Origin: Obrimoposthia wandeli
Taxonomy: Eukaryota
Assembly (NCBI GenBank): GCA_977020255.1
Contig: CDROCS010004085.1
Coordinates: 124,001 to 188,000, forward strand
Reading direction: 5' to 3'
Length of the DNA: 64,000 nt
Shown: piece after piece, positions 51,950 to 60,728 of the stretch
How the letters are laid out: every line of letters starts with the position of its first letter
Numbering within the stretch: position 1 is the first letter of the stretch
Position numbers and translations under genes: made by a program
Notes under the pieces: model-generated
What the model was told of the DNA's origin: nothing
The model's input: only the letters and a program-made list of their open reading frames with translations
Database searches by the model: none

Positions 51950-52771
51950 TTAGCTATCCATAACGGTATGACGGTTCTGATGGTATGCATCTTCATCTTT
52001 GCCATCGCGCCAATAAGGCACGGCATAAATAGCGGTTCGATCAACCTCCATGTTACGGCGAACGTGATTACGCAATGGCACTACGATATTTTCTTCGCCG
52101 CCAAACCAAAAATAACTATTGATGTTTTCCATACCACGTTGCAAAAAAGGCACTGTAAGTTTGTCACTGTCGGCAGAGTTACCGATCACCCATGTGAGTG
52201 TTACCTTATCAGGTACCGGCAGATCTTGAATGGCATCAGAGGTGGGCACTAAAAGTGCAATATGACCGCCACTATCAGCTGGCATGTCTTCAATCATTGC
52301 ACTGATGGCGGGCAAGGCAGTTAGATCGCCAGCCATGTAATAATGCCGCGCTGGTTGAAGCATCGGATGCGGACCTCCGGGGCCAGAAATTGCGAGTACA
52401 TCACCTTCTTGTGCCTGTTGAGCAAAACGAGTTGCAGGGCCGCTGTCTGCATGTAGAGCAAAATCAATGTCGATTTCACAAGCGTTGCGACGAAAAGCTC
52501 GTACACTGAATGTACGAATCAGTGGTTTGTCTTCTGGGACTAACCAGCGCGGCCCTTTGTCGGTTAATGTAGGAAGCACTGGTACCGTTTGTTCACCATG
52601 CGGCATCATTATTTTGATGTGAGCGCCTCCACTTACATCTGGGTAATCAGCTAATAAAGGGCTGGTAAAGCAAATACGGCGCAGTGCGGGCGTAATATCG
52701 ATAACGTGTTTGACCGATACTAAGAAAGGACGAACGGGTTGACGGGGTAAAGGTGTACCTGACTGTGACAT
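51950..52771 (-). CDS. Siderophore-interacting protein (ViuB-like FAD reductase)
   Basis: RTFSVR, IDIDFALH, GPATRFA, GDLTALPAI and YWRDG motifs. Confidence 0.93.
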   Translation of the reverse strand: MSQSGTPLPRQPVRPFLVSVKHVIDITPALRRICFTSPLLADYPDVSGGAHIKIMMPHGEQTVPVLPTLTDKGPRWLVPEDKPLIRTFSVRAFRRNACEIDIDFALHADSGPATRFAQQAQEGDVLAISGPGGPHPMLQPARHYYMAGDLTALPAISAMIEDMPADSGGHIALLVPTSDAIQDLPVPDKVTLTWVIGNSADSDKLTVPFLQRGMENINSYFWFGGEENIVVPLRNHVRRNMEVDRTAIYAVPYWRDGKDEDAYHQNRHTVMDS

Positions 52772-52799
52772 GAGTATACTTGCTCTCGCTAATCTTAAT

Positions 52800-52824
52800 A
52801 AAAACCATTATCATTTGCATTATA
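52800..52824. promoter_or_regulatory. Fur box upstream of the SIP-DAHP synthase unit
   Basis: Minus strand gcaaatgataatggttttt and overlapping tataatgcaaatgataatg, each 13/19 to consensus. Confidence 0.7.
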
Positions 52825-52982
52825 CATAAGAACGATAAAGCGCAAAGAATAATCACGCGTAATTATTGTTAACTTGATTCCATTTGTACGGTGGATGTTT
52901 GTATAGTGGGTTTACGCTTAATAGCGAGTCGCGTTGTAATATTGTTTTTCGTTAGAATTTAAATAAATAGATGGAAATATAG

Positions 52983-53603
52983 ATGGATACTATTTTAGAT
53001 AAACGAACGTGCGCTTGGGCATTAAATCACCCTATCGAGCGTGAATATCATGACAAAGAGTGGGGTAGGCCTAATTTTAATGATAAGTACTTATTTGAAT
53101 TTATTACTTTAGAAGGTGCGCAAGCTGGCTTGAGTTGGTACACCATATTAAAACGTCGAGAGGCATACCGAGAAGCATTTAAGCAATATGATTTAAAAAC
53201 ATTAATTGCCGCTAAGCAACAAGCAGAAAATCTAGATGATGAGTCCCATATCGATGAGATTATTAATCAGTATGACGTCATTAAGCATCGTAATAAGATT
53301 CGCTCGGTATTCAGTAATGCAGAAGCAGCACTTGCATTACAACAAGAATACGGCAGTTTATCAGCGGCATTGTGGCAGTTTGTGGATGGCAGCCCGGTAG
53401 TCAATACATGGACAACACCAGAGCAAGTACCTGCGATAACAGAGCAATCGAAAGCTATGAGCAAGTTCTTGAAGAAAAAAGGCTTTAAGTTTATTGGTGA
53501 GACTATCTGTTATGCGTTAATGCAAGCAACCGGTATGGTTAACGATCATTTAATTTCATGCGATTGTTATGAAACATCAAAGCGTATTCTCAACGAGAAA
53601 TAA
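52983..53603 (+). CDS. tag: DNA-3-methyladenine glycosylase I
   Basis: CAWA..YHDKEWG, LEGAQAGLSW and GMVNDHLISC motifs. Confidence 0.93.
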   Translation: MDTILDKRTCAWALNHPIEREYHDKEWGRPNFNDKYLFEFITLEGAQAGLSWYTILKRREAYREAFKQYDLKTLIAAKQQAENLDDESHIDEIINQYDVIKHRNKIRSVFSNAEAALALQQEYGSLSAALWQFVDGSPVVNTWTTPEQVPAITEQSKAMSKFLKKKGFKFIGETICYALMQATGMVNDHLISCDCYETSKRILNEK

Positions 53604-53725
53604 ATTTGTAAATCAGATATGATAAATTTATGTATTCCCTAATTATCTCAATATTCTCGCTGAAACGAGTACCTTGAAGTAATTAGGGTATAGGCCTTTT
53701 ATATAAGCAGTTTTGAGTTAATAGT

Positions 53726-54667
53726 ATGTCTGATGTGCCACTAAAATTGATCCGTAAAGCCACATGGGTCGGATCGATAGCTAACGTTGCGTTAGCTTTG
53801 TTAAAAATCACTATAGGTAAGATTACAGGTAGCCAAGCTTTGATTGCCGATGGTGTTCATAGTTTTTCTGATTTGGTAACAGATACCGCTATCTTAATTG
53901 GTTCAAGGTATTGGACTGCTCCGGCAGACAAAGAACACCCTTATGGGCATGGGCGCTTTGAAACCCTAACCAATATTTTCATTGGTGTTATTCTCGCTAT
54001 TGTTGGTATCGGTATAGGTTGGGATTCAATTAACTCTATCGGAAACGAGGCAAAAACTAATCCAGGCATGCTTGCTTTTGGTGCTGCTATTGCTTCTATT
54101 TTAGTTAAAGAAATACTGTACCGCTGGACAGTTATTCAAGCGAAAAAAATTAACAGTCGTGCTCTGCATGCCAATGCTTGGCATCACCGTTCAGATGCAT
54201 TGAGTTCGCTTCCTGTTGCTATCGCCGTTATTGCAAACTACTTTGTGCCTGATTTGCATTATCTTGATCAAGTCGCCGCTTTATTAGTGACGGCAATGAT
54301 TTTAAAAGCGGCTTTTGAAATCTTATGGCCTGCGATTATGGAAATCACAGAAGCTGAAGCGGATAGTGATATTGAAAATAAAATTCAACAATACGCATCT
54401 GAAAACAGCGATATCCGTGAAGTTCATGCTATTAGAAGCCGTCGTACTGGTAGCAGTATTTTGCTTGATTTTCATCTGTTAGTTGATCCAGATATGAGTG
54501 TCGATAAGGCTCATGAAATTACGGAAGGTTTTAAAAGTAATATTCTTCAACAGCTTGATGAAGTTGTTGATGTGATTATTCACATTGAACCATATAACTG
54601 TGCTGAAAGGGTGGTTAACCCGTGTTGTGGTGAAGATGAATGCCACGATGAAAAACCTAAAAATTAG
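53726..54667 (+). CDS. Cation diffusion facilitator (FieF-like) transporter
   Basis: DGVHSFSD and WHHRSD metal sites, HPYGHGRFE, and C-terminal domain (IHIEP). Confidence 0.92.
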   Translation: MSDVPLKLIRKATWVGSIANVALALLKITIGKITGSQALIADGVHSFSDLVTDTAILIGSRYWTAPADKEHPYGHGRFETLTNIFIGVILAIVGIGIGWDSINSIGNEAKTNPGMLAFGAAIASILVKEILYRWTVIQAKKINSRALHANAWHHRSDALSSLPVAIAVIANYFVPDLHYLDQVAALLVTAMILKAAFEILWPAIMEITEAEADSDIENKIQQYASENSDIREVHAIRSRRTGSSILLDFHLLVDPDMSVDKAHEITEGFKSNILQQLDEVVDVIIHIEPYNCAERVVNPCCGEDECHDEKPKN

Positions 54668-54703
54668 AATGTTAATGACTCAATTATTATAGTGTATTGT
54701 GTG

Positions 54704-54739
54704 AAAAGCCCATCTAGATCTAAGCTAGATGGGCTTTTT
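54704..54739 (+). terminator. Terminator after the CDF gene
   Basis: aaaagcccatctag-atctaag-ctagatgggcttttt. Confidence 0.9.
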
Positions 54740-54882
54740 GCTATTAATGTTTTTATATTGCACTTATTTATTATTGTCTCGTTCTTGATACAGCAAAAAA
54801 AGATAAGCTTTTCTGATGCTTCACTATAATTAACCTTGTAATTAAGTGCGTATTAAAACGGTATACAAGAGGGGAGAGTTAT

Positions 54883-55269
54883 ATGCCATTGATTAGAATA
54901 AAATCGTTACCCTTTGAGGGCGATGTTGATATTTCACTGACTGTGTGTAATTTATCGCAAGCAGTGGCTGATGCAACTGGTATAGATAATCATCATATTA
55001 TGGTGTCGTGGGAGTACTTATCGAAAGGGCATTACTCACATGCAGGAAAAGTTGCAGAGGTTCAAGGAATCAATACGCATCCATTATTAGTGGATTTAAT
55101 TGCCCCGAACTTCAACACCGAACAACAAATAATGGCAATGCTGGAACTCATTGCTAATACCATTTCAGAACATGTTCCCGTTGCAAAAAATAATATCTTT
55201 ATTAACTATACGCCGGCATACAGTGATGGTGTTTATGATGAAGGCCATGTAGTCGAATGGGAGATGTAA
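54883..55269 (+). CDS. Hypothetical protein, possible tautomerase/MIF superfamily
   Basis: Strong SD (gaggggag); starts M-P-L-I-R-I; two similar beta-alpha-beta-like halves. Confidence 0.65.
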   Translation: MPLIRIKSLPFEGDVDISLTVCNLSQAVADATGIDNHHIMVSWEYLSKGHYSHAGKVAEVQGINTHPLLVDLIAPNFNTEQQIMAMLELIANTISEHVPVAKNNIFINYTPAYSDGVYDEGHVVEWEM

Positions 55270-55350
55270 CTTCCCCAAGATCACTCAAGATACAGGCCTA
55301 AGACTGAAACAAGCATCTAGAGGTCGCTAGGGTATACTTGGTTTTGATAC

Positions 55351-56367
55351 TTACGCAATAGCGTTTGTAAGCCATGCTTGCAGTTCAGCTAACTCATTGG
55401 CGTCTGTTGGGAAAGCTTCTGCTGTTTCGTTAATCACTTTGTTAAAGGCACCAATATTATACGGCTGGTCGATAAGCGCCTCGGTCAACGCTTCTAATGG
55501 GGTAGGGTTAAGACTATCTGTGAATATTTTGGCTTTGACTATGTGTGCTTTTTTTATATCGAGGTGTAATTCAATCCCACCCCATGTAAAGCGTTCACTT
55601 AACGTATGCATGAATTCTGGTGTGTTACCAAAATTCCATTGCCAGCTACTTTGATGTTCAAATTTCTCTGTAAAACCGGGTAATTCTGGTAATGACTCTG
55701 GTGAGATATATTCAGGCTCTACCGTTTCACCATAATGCTGAAAGAAAGCATCTATTATGGCTGTGCATACATTATCGTGGTTAATTTCAGGGTTAATCTC
55801 GTTTAAATTAGCTACGCGAGAACGTACAGATTGGATGCCTTTTGCTTGAAGCTTTTTAGGATCAGGGCGTAAATAGTTGGCGAGACGTCCTAAATCTGCA
55901 TTCAATAATAACGTGCCATGGTGGAAGCCTCTATCCATCGTTTCACGGTATGCTGAACCAGAAAACTTCCGTTCCCCTTTGCTATCTTCAATAACCAGAT
56001 CATTTCGTCCGGTTGATTTACCCTTCACATGCAACGTCTTCAACGCATTTAATACAATGTTTGTAGACACCGTTTTATCATATTCTGGTTTTCCGGCCAT
56101 GAACGTAAAATTGGTATTGCCTAAGTCATGAAAAACGGCACCTCCACCACTTTGACGGCGCGCAAGGGTAATGCCATTTTGTTCCATCTTTCGTGTATTA
56201 CATTCTTTCCAAGGGTTTTGAGCTCGCCCTATCACCACGCTATCAGCATTTCGCCATAAAAAGAGAACACGTTGCTTGTTAGACATAGATCGGAAGATGC
56301 TATCTTCAACGGCTAAGTTAAACCAAGGGTTCGTTGAGGTAGAAAGTAATACTCGGATGGTCGACAT
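55351..56367 (-). CDS. lplA: Lipoate-protein ligase A
   Basis: [37 protein letters not shown] and SVRSRVANL motifs. Confidence 0.95.
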   Translation of the reverse strand: MSTIRVLLSTSTNPWFNLAVEDSIFRSMSNKQRVLFLWRNADSVVIGRAQNPWKECNTRKMEQNGITLARRQSGGGAVFHDLGNTNFTFMAGKPEYDKTVSTNIVLNALKTLHVKGKSTGRNDLVIEDSKGERKFSGSAYRETMDRGFHHGTLLLNADLGRLANYLRPDPKKLQAKGIQSVRSRVANLNEINPEINHDNVCTAIIDAFFQHYGETVEPEYISPESLPELPGFTEKFEHQSSWQWNFGNTPEFMHTLSERFTWGGIELHLDIKKAHIVKAKIFTDSLNPTPLEALTEALIDQPYNIGAFNKVINETAEAFPTDANELAELQAWLTNAIA

Positions 56368-56511
56368 AATAATAACCCTAACCAAATTTGTATGATGATT
56401 ATACTCATATCATTTATAAATGCACATAATTCTCATTTGGATGTGAGGCTGAGAATTTGAATCAAAGGGGCTAGAACGTAATTTAAGAAGTAAAAGAAGA
56501 AAGTGAAAAAA

Positions 56512-56551
56512 CCAAATCACATACGTTATACACTGGAGGTATGTGATTTGG
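56512..56551 (-). terminator. Minus-strand terminator with no ORF-track gene upstream
   Basis: 13-bp inverted repeat ccaaatcacatac / gtatgtgatttgg, followed on the minus strand by T6. Confidence 0.65.
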
Positions 56552-56780
56552 AAGAAGTTTTCAATACAGCGAGTATTATAAATTTGATTTTAGAATCATT
56601 TCTTGAATATAGCGTACCACTATCAATGTGCTACAGGTATGGACAAAATTGAAACGTAAGATTGTCCATGTGATGCAGAGTTATTAAGAGTTTGTAATTC
56701 TGCATGTAGTCAAGAGTTATTATTTGTTGCTATTTATTGAGTTCTTATTTCGTTTTTCAATTCATAATTGACGGAAAATA

Positions 56781-56918
56781 TTACTGTTCTGTACTTTGTG
56801 ATGCTGAAATCGTTGTTTGCGTGTTAGATACATTCTTATCCATTGGATCAATAACATCATAATAAAAGAAGTAACTAACAAGCATAATCAGAGGGATGAA
56901 CTTGAACCAAGGTTTCAT
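56781..56918 (-). CDS. Candidate 45-aa small membrane-anchored protein (below ORF-track cutoff)
   Basis: Hand translation MKPWFKFIPLIMLVSYFFYYDVIDPMDKNVSNTQTTISASQSTEQ*; agg upstream of the ATG. Confidence 0.45.
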   Translation of the reverse strand: MKPWFKFIPLIMLVSYFFYYDVIDPMDKNVSNTQTTISASQSTEQ

Positions 56919-57279
56919 GGTATGGCCTAATCGAATGGATAACTAATGTGCGTACAGTATCAGGCAATGATTGGCGTGAAAAACAGCAATAATGCAAAGT
57001 TAGGTTGAATGAATATGCTGTTATATTCCAACCTTGTTTAAGGTAGCTCTGAGTGCCATATCGTAAGGTTGCTTGGTATGTGACTATTCGTCTTCTTAAT
57101 AAGTGAATATTGCCTAAAGACCTTAACTTTATCTTCTACGTTATTGAACATGGCGATAGTGAAATGACCAATAAATAAAACTAAGGTAAGTGAATATAAA
57201 AAATAATTACTTTTTATATTGTTTCTTCATAGAGAATACGTAAACTGCGCGCCTCATATTAGATGTTTCGAGTTCTGCT

Positions 57280-57633
57280 ATGCTTCAAATGTTAACAGCT
57301 ATACCGCCGATGTCTGCATTGGTGATTGCCATTTTATGTGAGGTCGTAGCGACATCGTTATTGCCTAAAACAGAACAGTTTACTCAACCTATACCAACAA
57401 TCTTTGTACTTATGGGTTATGCAGTAGCTTTTTATCTATTAGCAATCACCGTTAAGGTGGTACCTATTGGTATCGCGTATGCTATTTGGTGCGGGGCTGG
57501 CATTGTGTTGGTTTCGATGGTTAGCTGGCTCTGGCATGGTCAACAATTAGATATGTTTGCTGTTTTGGGCATATCTTTGATTCTAGCGGGTACTGTTATT
57601 ATCAATGTATTTTCAAATACGACAGTACATTGA
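57280..57633 (+). CDS. SMR-family small multidrug transporter (EmrE/QacE-like)
   Basis: Membrane Glu in ILCEVVAT, PIGIAYAIWCG motif, 4 TM segments. Confidence 0.9.
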   Translation: MLQMLTAIPPMSALVIAILCEVVATSLLPKTEQFTQPIPTIFVLMGYAVAFYLLAITVKVVPIGIAYAIWCGAGIVLVSMVSWLWHGQQLDMFAVLGISLILAGTVIINVFSNTTVH

Positions 57634-57791
57634 ATATTAAACGAAGATTAATTTATTAAGCCGCTCTATATTAAGCAGTTCTATATTAAGTTACCGATAC
57701 AGGCTCATTGAGCTATAAGCATGTGGTTGGTAACTTAGTGTCACATTCCTTTCTTTGTATTGTAACGACCCTGTCATGTATATGAATTACT

Positions 57792-58697
57792 TTGCTTCTT
57801 TCTTTATTAAAAAGGCAGAGAATGTTACCTCCGTTACGTGCATTAGTCGCATTTGAAACCGTTGCTCGAGTTGGATCTATCGGTGCTGCCGCTCGTGAAC
57901 TGCATGTTACGCCAGCAGCGGTTAGTCAGCAGCTTAAAAGCCTTGAACAGTTTTTAAATTGCGCTTTATTTGAACGCAGCCAACGAGGTGTAACCCTTAC
58001 ACTTGCGGCCCAACAATATTTACCTATCGTAACGGGCTCATTGCGCCATTTAAAATTACAAACACAGATATTATTTGGTGAGCAGCAATCAGATGTGCTG
58101 CGTATCAAAGTGAATCACTCAATTGGGCATAATTGGTTGATTCCCCAACTGTCTGATTTTGCAACTCGCTTTCCCTTTATTCGACTCGATCTGACATTGA
58201 TTGATTGGCCATCGCGTGAGCCGTGTATTGATACCGATGTTGAAATTACAAATGGCTTTGTTGCAAGTGAAAACACGCGTGCAGAACGTTTGTTTCAAGA
58301 GCATTGGTTAATGGTATGCAGCCCTGCATTTAAATTAAATAACCAAGAAGCACTGTCTAATCAAAATTTGTCATCGTTGCCTGCTATTCAAGTGAAAGGT
58401 TATGAAGAGAGCTGGATGCAATGGCTTTGTCACAATCAGTATCCAGCGTCGTTACCCAATATACAGCTAGAGATAAGCAACTCATTACATGGCTTAGAAG
58501 CCGTAAAGCATGGTGTTGGCGTTATGCTTGTTCGTTCGTTAGTTGCCAAGCAATTGTTATTGGATGGCAAGATTGTTCTGGCATTAGAAGGGTCTATGCC
58601 TTCTGAGTCAGGACACTTTTTAATTACTTCAAATCAGCGAAGTGCCAAAGTGAATTTCTTTTGTGATTGGTTGCACCACCAATCAATCGAAGTATAA
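57792..58697 (+). CDS. LysR-family regulator (GcvA-like)
   Basis: LPPLRALVAFETVAR..AARELHVTPAAVSQQLKSLE helix-turn-helix. Confidence 0.92.
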   Translation: MLLSLLKRQRMLPPLRALVAFETVARVGSIGAAARELHVTPAAVSQQLKSLEQFLNCALFERSQRGVTLTLAAQQYLPIVTGSLRHLKLQTQILFGEQQSDVLRIKVNHSIGHNWLIPQLSDFATRFPFIRLDLTLIDWPSREPCIDTDVEITNGFVASENTRAERLFQEHWLMVCSPAFKLNNQEALSNQNLSSLPAIQVKGYEESWMQWLCHNQYPASLPNIQLEISNSLHGLEAVKHGVGVMLVRSLVAKQLLLDGKIVLALEGSMPSESGHFLITSNQRSAKVNFFCDWLHHQSIEV

Positions 58698-58833
58698 ATA
58701 TTTTCTAGTAGTAATGATTCAGTGCAATAACATTTTCTTGTGTTAAACCGTGGAAAATTTGACGTTGACTCAAATAAGTCTGTCACAGAGTACCTTTAAG
58801 CTAGCGTTGTATTGTTAAGGAAGCAGTTGAAAC

Positions 58834-59799
58834 ATGAAGACTCAAACAGTGAAGGCTATGGTAAATGTTACCCGTGATAAGCAGAGTGCCGAAAGTACTT
58901 ATACCAATAGTTCAACGTTACTCAGTAGATGGAATATGAAAGAAAAGGCTAAAGTCTTATTTTTTATTACGCCTTTAATGGTTCCATTGCTGACATTTTG
59001 GATTATTCCTTTTGGGTGGAGCATTTATATTAGTTTTACTGATTGGGATTATATTTCACCTGATTATAGCTATGTTGGCATTGAAAATTATCAATATATG
59101 TTGGAAGACTACGCGTTTATTCAAGCGCTAATGAATACATTTATCTTTTCTCTTGGTGTGGTAATTCCAACTGTAATGTTAGGGCTAGGTTTTGCCTTGT
59201 TATTGCATAAGAACTTTCGAGGAAGCCAGTTTTACCGTGCGGTGATTTTCTCACCGTGGATTACGCCCACAGTGGCTATTTCTATTGTTTGGTCTTGGGT
59301 ATTTGAATCAAAATCTGGCTTGGTTAATTTACTACTTGCGAAGATAGGCATTGCACCTGTTCCATGGCTTGAAAGTGGTGATACAGCAATGATTGCCGTA
59401 ATGGTTGTGACTGTTTGGCAAGCTGTCGGTTGGACAATGCTGTTCTACATTAGCGCATTAAATAAGATACCAACGTCTTTATATGAAGCCTCTCTTATTG
59501 ATGGCTGCAGCCCATTAACGCGCTTTTTTAAAATTACGCTGCCGTTGATTTCACCCACCACATTCTTTCTTGTCATCGTCAATATGATTACGGCTATTCA
59601 AGCCTTTGACCAATTCCAAATTTTAACGCAAGGCGGTCCAAGTGGAAGTACTCGTACCTTGTTGTATTTGTTCTATCAACAGGCGTTTGAGCAATATGAC
59701 ATGGGGCCAGCAGCGGCAACATCGATGATTATTTTAGTGATTACTGGGGTGCTAACAATCATCAACACTGTAATGGGTAAACGCTGGGTATATTACTAA
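58834..59799 (+). CDS. Carbohydrate/Ugp-type ABC permease (UgpA-like)
   Basis: YEASLIDG EAA loop, ITLPLISPT and QGGPSGST motifs. Confidence 0.92.
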   Translation: MKTQTVKAMVNVTRDKQSAESTYTNSSTLLSRWNMKEKAKVLFFITPLMVPLLTFWIIPFGWSIYISFTDWDYISPDYSYVGIENYQYMLEDYAFIQALMNTFIFSLGVVIPTVMLGLGFALLLHKNFRGSQFYRAVIFSPWITPTVAISIVWSWVFESKSGLVNLLLAKIGIAPVPWLESGDTAMIAVMVVTVWQAVGWTMLFYISALNKIPTSLYEASLIDGCSPLTRFFKITLPLISPTTFFLVIVNMITAIQAFDQFQILTQGGPSGSTRTLLYLFYQQAFEQYDMGPAAATSMIILVITGVLTIINTVMGKRWVYY

Positions 59800-59810
59800 G
59801 GGAATATGTT

Positions 59811-60728
59811 ATGAACTCAACACAAACGCTTGAGATACCGTTCAATACAGAGACATCGAGCCTCTCAGGTGAAAATCTGTTTCAACGAGGAATTCGAAAT
59901 AAACCGGGATTAACCATTATTTCTAAGCATGCTTTTTTAGTTTTATCCGGCTTATTAATGGTATTTCCATTTATTTGGATGCTGTCTGGATCATTGAAGT
60001 CTAATGATGAAATCTTTAGTAATCCTCTTAATTTAATGCCACAAACTGTTCGTTGGGAAACGTTTATCGATACGTTTAACAGTGCGCCATTTGGCTTGTA
60101 CATATTTAACAGTTTTAGCGTGGCGTTATTTACAACGCTATTGGTGATTATTAACTCAGCTATGTTTGCTTATGCGTTAACGCAACTGAAGTTTCGCTCT
60201 AAAACGGTGCTCTATTTTGTTGTGATGGGGTGTTACATGTTGCCCGGCGCAGTGACTTATATACCGTCTTACATCACATTGGCAAATTTGGGTTTATTAG
60301 ATAGCCATACCGGGTTAGTTGTTTCAAATGCAGCCAGTGTTTTTGGTGTGTTTTACTTACGTCAGGTGTTTTTAAAAATTCATCCGTCATTAATAGAAGC
60401 TGCACGAATTGATGGGGCAGGGGAAATGAAAATTCTCTGGGCCATTGTATTACCACAATGCCGTTCGGCATTAGCAACACTGTTCTTGATTACGTTTATT
60501 ACTAACTACAACAGCTACATGTGGCCAAGTTTGGTTATTACTACTCAAGAGCTAAATCTTATTGCAACAGGTATTCGACAGTTCTTTATTGCTGAAGGAA
60601 ATTATGGATTGAACTGGTCTGAAATTATGGCAGCGAGCACGATAGCTGTACTGCCATTACTTATATTATTCGTTGTTTGTCAAAAAACGATTTTGTCCGG
60701 CATAGCCGATAACGGTGTTAAAGAGTAG
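59811..60728 (+). CDS. Carbohydrate/Ugp-type ABC permease (UgpE-like)
   Basis: LIEAARIDGAGE EAA loop and YNSYMWP motif. Confidence 0.92.
   Translation: MNSTQTLEIPFNTETSSLSGENLFQRGIRNKPGLTIISKHAFLVLSGLLMVFPFIWMLSGSLKSNDEIFSNPLNLMPQTVRWETFIDTFNSAPFGLYIFNSFSVALFTTLLVIINSAMFAYALTQLKFRSKTVLYFVVMGCYMLPGAVTYIPSYITLANLGLLDSHTGLVVSNAASVFGVFYLRQVFLKIHPSLIEAARIDGAGEMKILWAIVLPQCRSALATLFLITFITNYNSYMWPSLVITTQELNLIATGIRQFFIAEGNYGLNWSEIMAASTIAVLPLLILFVVCQKTILSGIADNGVKE

Noticed and set aside
25152-52980. Classical tRNA-Trp-integrated genomic island with attL/attR
   Set aside because: No integrase, and no copy of the tRNA-Trp 3' end was visible at the right flank; only the IS remnant supports mobility.
58760-58800. 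Pho box or CRP site upstream of the ABC operon (ctgtcac)
   Set aside because: Only one half-site matches; the partner half is too poor.
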